From positions 12,278,001 to 12,342,000 of the forward strand of contig NC_058383.1 of NCBI RefSeq assembly GCF_018350175.1: DNA of 64,000 bases. The letters are read 5' to 3'. Position 1 is the stretch's first letter. The number at the start of each line of letters is the position of its first letter. Below, in pieces: positions 60,848 to 64,000 of the stretch. This stretch comes from Felis catus. Lineage: Eukaryota. The translations under genes and the position numbers were made by a program. The notes under the pieces are model-generated. The model was not told where the DNA came from. It did not search any database and saw only the letters and a list, made by a program, of their open reading frames with translations.

Positions 60848-62454
60848 AAATCTGAACCCTTTATATCATAACTGACTGCTCACATACATGTCAACCCTAA
60901 TGGGTTGAGCTGCTTAAGGCTAGACATGCTTGGGGCTTATACGTGCTTGGGGCTTATAGATGAATGAATGAATGAATTAATGAATGAGTGAATACATGAA
61001 TGACTACACAAATGACAGCTTTTGGGTGCATGGCTAAACAATTACCCTCAAATGTAGGCAATCTTTCCCCCATTCTAAACTTGGAAACACCCCCCTTACG
61101 AAGGAGGGAAAGACTCCTCTGGTGTGACTTGTATGGGGCAGAGCCAGAACTTAACTCTAGAAAGTCCGGTTGCAAGTTGAATGTTGGATACTATAGAAAT
61201 GAGGACAAGGAGGTCGGAGAATTAAATGGCCTGCCAAGCATCCAGAGCAGCAGGGCTGGGAACTTGGTAAAAATCATTTTATTAACGTGCGGAAGGCCAT
61301 TTCAGATTTTGACTGTAGACACACATGAATAATCCTGCGACTTTTTTTCCCCTCTACCTGGCTCAAATCCTACTATGCCTTGAGCTTTTTTCATCCCAGA
61401 AACATTTATGTAACAAATGGGCCCCGATCTTTGGAGGATTCAGTTTGCAATCCTGACAAATTAAGGACCCCGAAGAATCAATTATTTTTACTTATCTCCC
61501 AGACTGAAGGGGAGGAAGCCCTGTAATTCTGGAACTTTGGCTTTGAAACCTCGTGCACGCATTACAGAAAATCCAAGGGAATTAGACAATAAGGATTCTT
61601 TCAAAACAGTAGGATTTAAAGGATCTTATTACCTACTTTATAATCTTACCTTAAGGCTGTAGAAAGTATTAATCGGAGCAAAGACATCCAAAAGTCATCC
61701 ATATTGTTGAAGTCTGTGTTTTAGCTCTTTAATTTGTTACATTGCCTCACCCGCAGCACATCTTTCAGATAAACCTATCCAACTCCTGACTCCCTGGTGT
61801 ATATATATTCTTTTTCTGGGCGCAGAGAAGAAGAAGGAGGGGGGCAAAGAAAGAGCTGAGCCAAGGAAATCAATGGCACTTCAAATCCCACTTCCTGCCC
61901 TGATCAGTGGTTGATCCCTTTAAGAAAAGTGGGGTAGAAAAAGAGCAGGCTGGCTCCAGGCAAATAGAAAAATCCAAGCATCTCCGGAGGAGGCTTACCT
62001 GGGGCCCGCATCCCCAGCATCCAATTCTTCCTGGAAATAATATACCGTTTCTCCCCGGAAAGTGTGAAATGCTTTAAACTAAATTGGAACGGCTGCACAC
62101 CCCTCTGATAAACGAAAGCTAGATGTGCTAATCGGATCCTGCCTTTCCTCCCTGGCTGGGCCCTGGGGACCCCCTTCAGCCCACTCACCCGTTTTTATCG
62201 AGGGATGGGAAATACATCTCACTTTTTATTCAAAGTAGTCATCTTCTACAACAATGTCACAATCCCGTAAAAAACGGCAGGGGGAAGGGAACTTCAGTCT
62301 TCAATAAGGGAACAAAAAGCAACATCGACTGCTACTTTAGGGATATTGATCTTTGTAGAATTTCCTCTCCCCATTCGTAAGAGGCTTCTGGGGGCGCTGG
62401 GCTATCACGTGATAGCCCTTGGTAAGTGCTACTTGTCGGAGGGCAATGGAGGGT

Positions 62455-62625
62455 ACTGAGGTATTTCTCAAATCGTGGCCCTTGCGTCGGTCAAAAATAC
62501 GCATATTCCCGGATGCCACTCTCCGATCTGTTGAATCGGAAGCTCTGAGGGGTAGGGCCCCAAAGCAGAAATGCCCGAAGCTCTTCGAGTGATTCTCACA
62601 TGTGCTGAGGTTCCAAGACCGTTGG
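62455..62625. mobile_element. Degenerate MER5-like DNA transposon
   Basis: tttctcaaa...gcatattcccggatgccac...tgaatcggaagctctgagggg...gtgattct. Confidence 0.5.
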
Positions 62626-63309
62626 CATCATGAATGACGATGACCGTTGGCATCACAAACCCCGAGCTTTAGGGTCAGAAAGAACAAGGTTTGATGACCC
62701 AGCGGCCAGCTTAGTACACAAGGGAAATCAACCACTCTAAGGAGACACATCTAAGATTCCTTGGCTTGCCTGGGTAAACAAAAGGTATTTACGAAGACCG
62801 GTGGCTCAAAACGCCAGCGTCACAAACATTTTCTAGGCAATAAACTAACGAGCTTTATTTCATGAAGGGTCCAGTGCTGTGTTCAGTGTTACACTTACTT
62901 GCGTGGTTTCTGTCTTTCTCGACTCCTTTTATTTTATCATAACTTGGGCCCTAGGCACTGCCTTTTGAAACCTACCCATTCTGCATATGGCCACGTGGTG
63001 GACGCCACAGGAAAGCGTCTGCACTGAAACATGACTTGCATTCAGACGTCCAGCCTCCGTGATTACTTGGACACAGGTCGACAGATTCTCAACTCAGAAA
63101 TAGCCACAGGGCTGACCCGAGAAAGCCTGGGATCTGGGCAGTGGGCGCTTTGATCGGTAGGGATTCCCAAGCCGTTTTGAGTCTGGTGAACACCCAGCAG
63201 AGCCGAGGCCCCCGCACGTAGTGATGAATTGGGTTAAAGGATGGATGTGTGGGTTTCTTAAGTTTGCTCTGATTGTAATGGTAGAAAACACGTTAAATGA
63301 GCTTAAGGG

Positions 63310-63350
63310 GATGATGGTGATGATGATGATGGCGATGGTGATGATGATGG
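63310..63350. repeat. Imperfect (GAT)n repeat
   Basis: Direct read. Confidence 0.85.
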
Positions 63351-63469
63351 GGCATTTCCAAGAACCCAACGGAAAGCTGGGCCACCCAACCAACAGAAAG
63401 ATAGGGAGCCAGGACGGCTCTTGGGTTTTCAAAAGGCAGCATTGATTGGTCTTGGTTCTAGCACCCTGA

Positions 63470-63700
63470 TTTTTTTTTTAATTTTTTTTTAAGTTTTATT
63501 TATTTATTTTTTTTTTGAGACAGGGAGAGACAGAGCATGAACAGGGGAGGGTCAGAGAGAGGGAGACACAGAATCTGAAACAGGCTCCAGCCTCTGAGCT
63601 GTCCGCACAGAGCCCGACGCGGGGCTCGAACTCACGGACCGCGAGATCATGACCTGAGCCGAAGTCGGCCGCTTAAGCGACTGAGCCACCCAGGTGCCCC
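63470..63700 (-). mobile_element. CAN-SINE
   Basis: TSD tctagcaccctgatttt. Confidence 0.96.
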
Positions 63701-64000
63701 TCTAGCACCCTGATTTTACTTGACTCTGTTCCCGACACCCACTCCGTCCAGAGAGAGATCCTAGTGATCCCCACGTCGGTCACTTACCCCGTGATTCAAT
63801 GTGCCATGGCTTGGAGGCAAGTGTCACACAGTGTTCTAGAAGCCTAGCCCTGTGAGTGGGGTGGCCCATTTCCCCAAACAGCAATCCTAGGTAACCCCGC
63901 TGGCATTTACCATGATCAAAAAAAAACAAAAAACAAAAAACGAAGCCAAGTGGAGTAGCTTGTGAGCTCACAGAGACTGGAAGCCAATGGAGGGCAGGAC

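Noticed and set aside
60925..62656. Small direct duplications (tgcttggggcttata at ~60927/60944; gaccgttggcatca at 62617/62642)
   Set aside because: Ordinary slippage duplications with no enclosed element
2317..63700. Recurrent ORF motifs such as AQSVKRPTSAQVMISR, EFEPRVGLCADSSEPGA and ERGRGRERGRHRI
   Set aside because: Reading frames of CAN-SINE copies, not a protein family

Overview
Mammalian, almost certainly felid (cat-family), non-coding genomic DNA. I find no credible protein-coding exon, RNA gene, CRISPR array or prokaryotic system. The supplied ORFs are explained by SINEs, simple repeats, a LINE-1 ORF2 fragment or chance. About 50 tRNA-derived carnivore SINE (CAN-SINE) copies dominate the window, eight of them from one young felid subfamily. 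Also present are carnivore and older L1 fragments, MaLR/ERVL-type LTR relics, MIR and L2 relics, and Tigger-type and MER5-type DNA transposons. Four large tandem or low-complexity structures stand out: a 1.4-kb higher-order GGAT/GATA array, a 408-nt pure-purine tract, a ~750-nt A/T tract with a 292-nt duplication, and a 4 x 90-bp CpG-rich VNTR. Repeat-free islands carry clustered homeodomain, GATA and NKX motifs, as expected in a regulatory gene desert or large intron; I cannot identify the locus. The two best-supported novel observations are (i) a 46-bp micro-inversion between two tail-to-tail young SINEs, with swapped TSDs and a shared private variant, and (ii) a SINE carrying a 30-bp 3' transduction that ends exactly at a Pol III TTTT terminator followed by a second poly(A). 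Repeat subfamily names come from recalled consensus similarity, not a database search.
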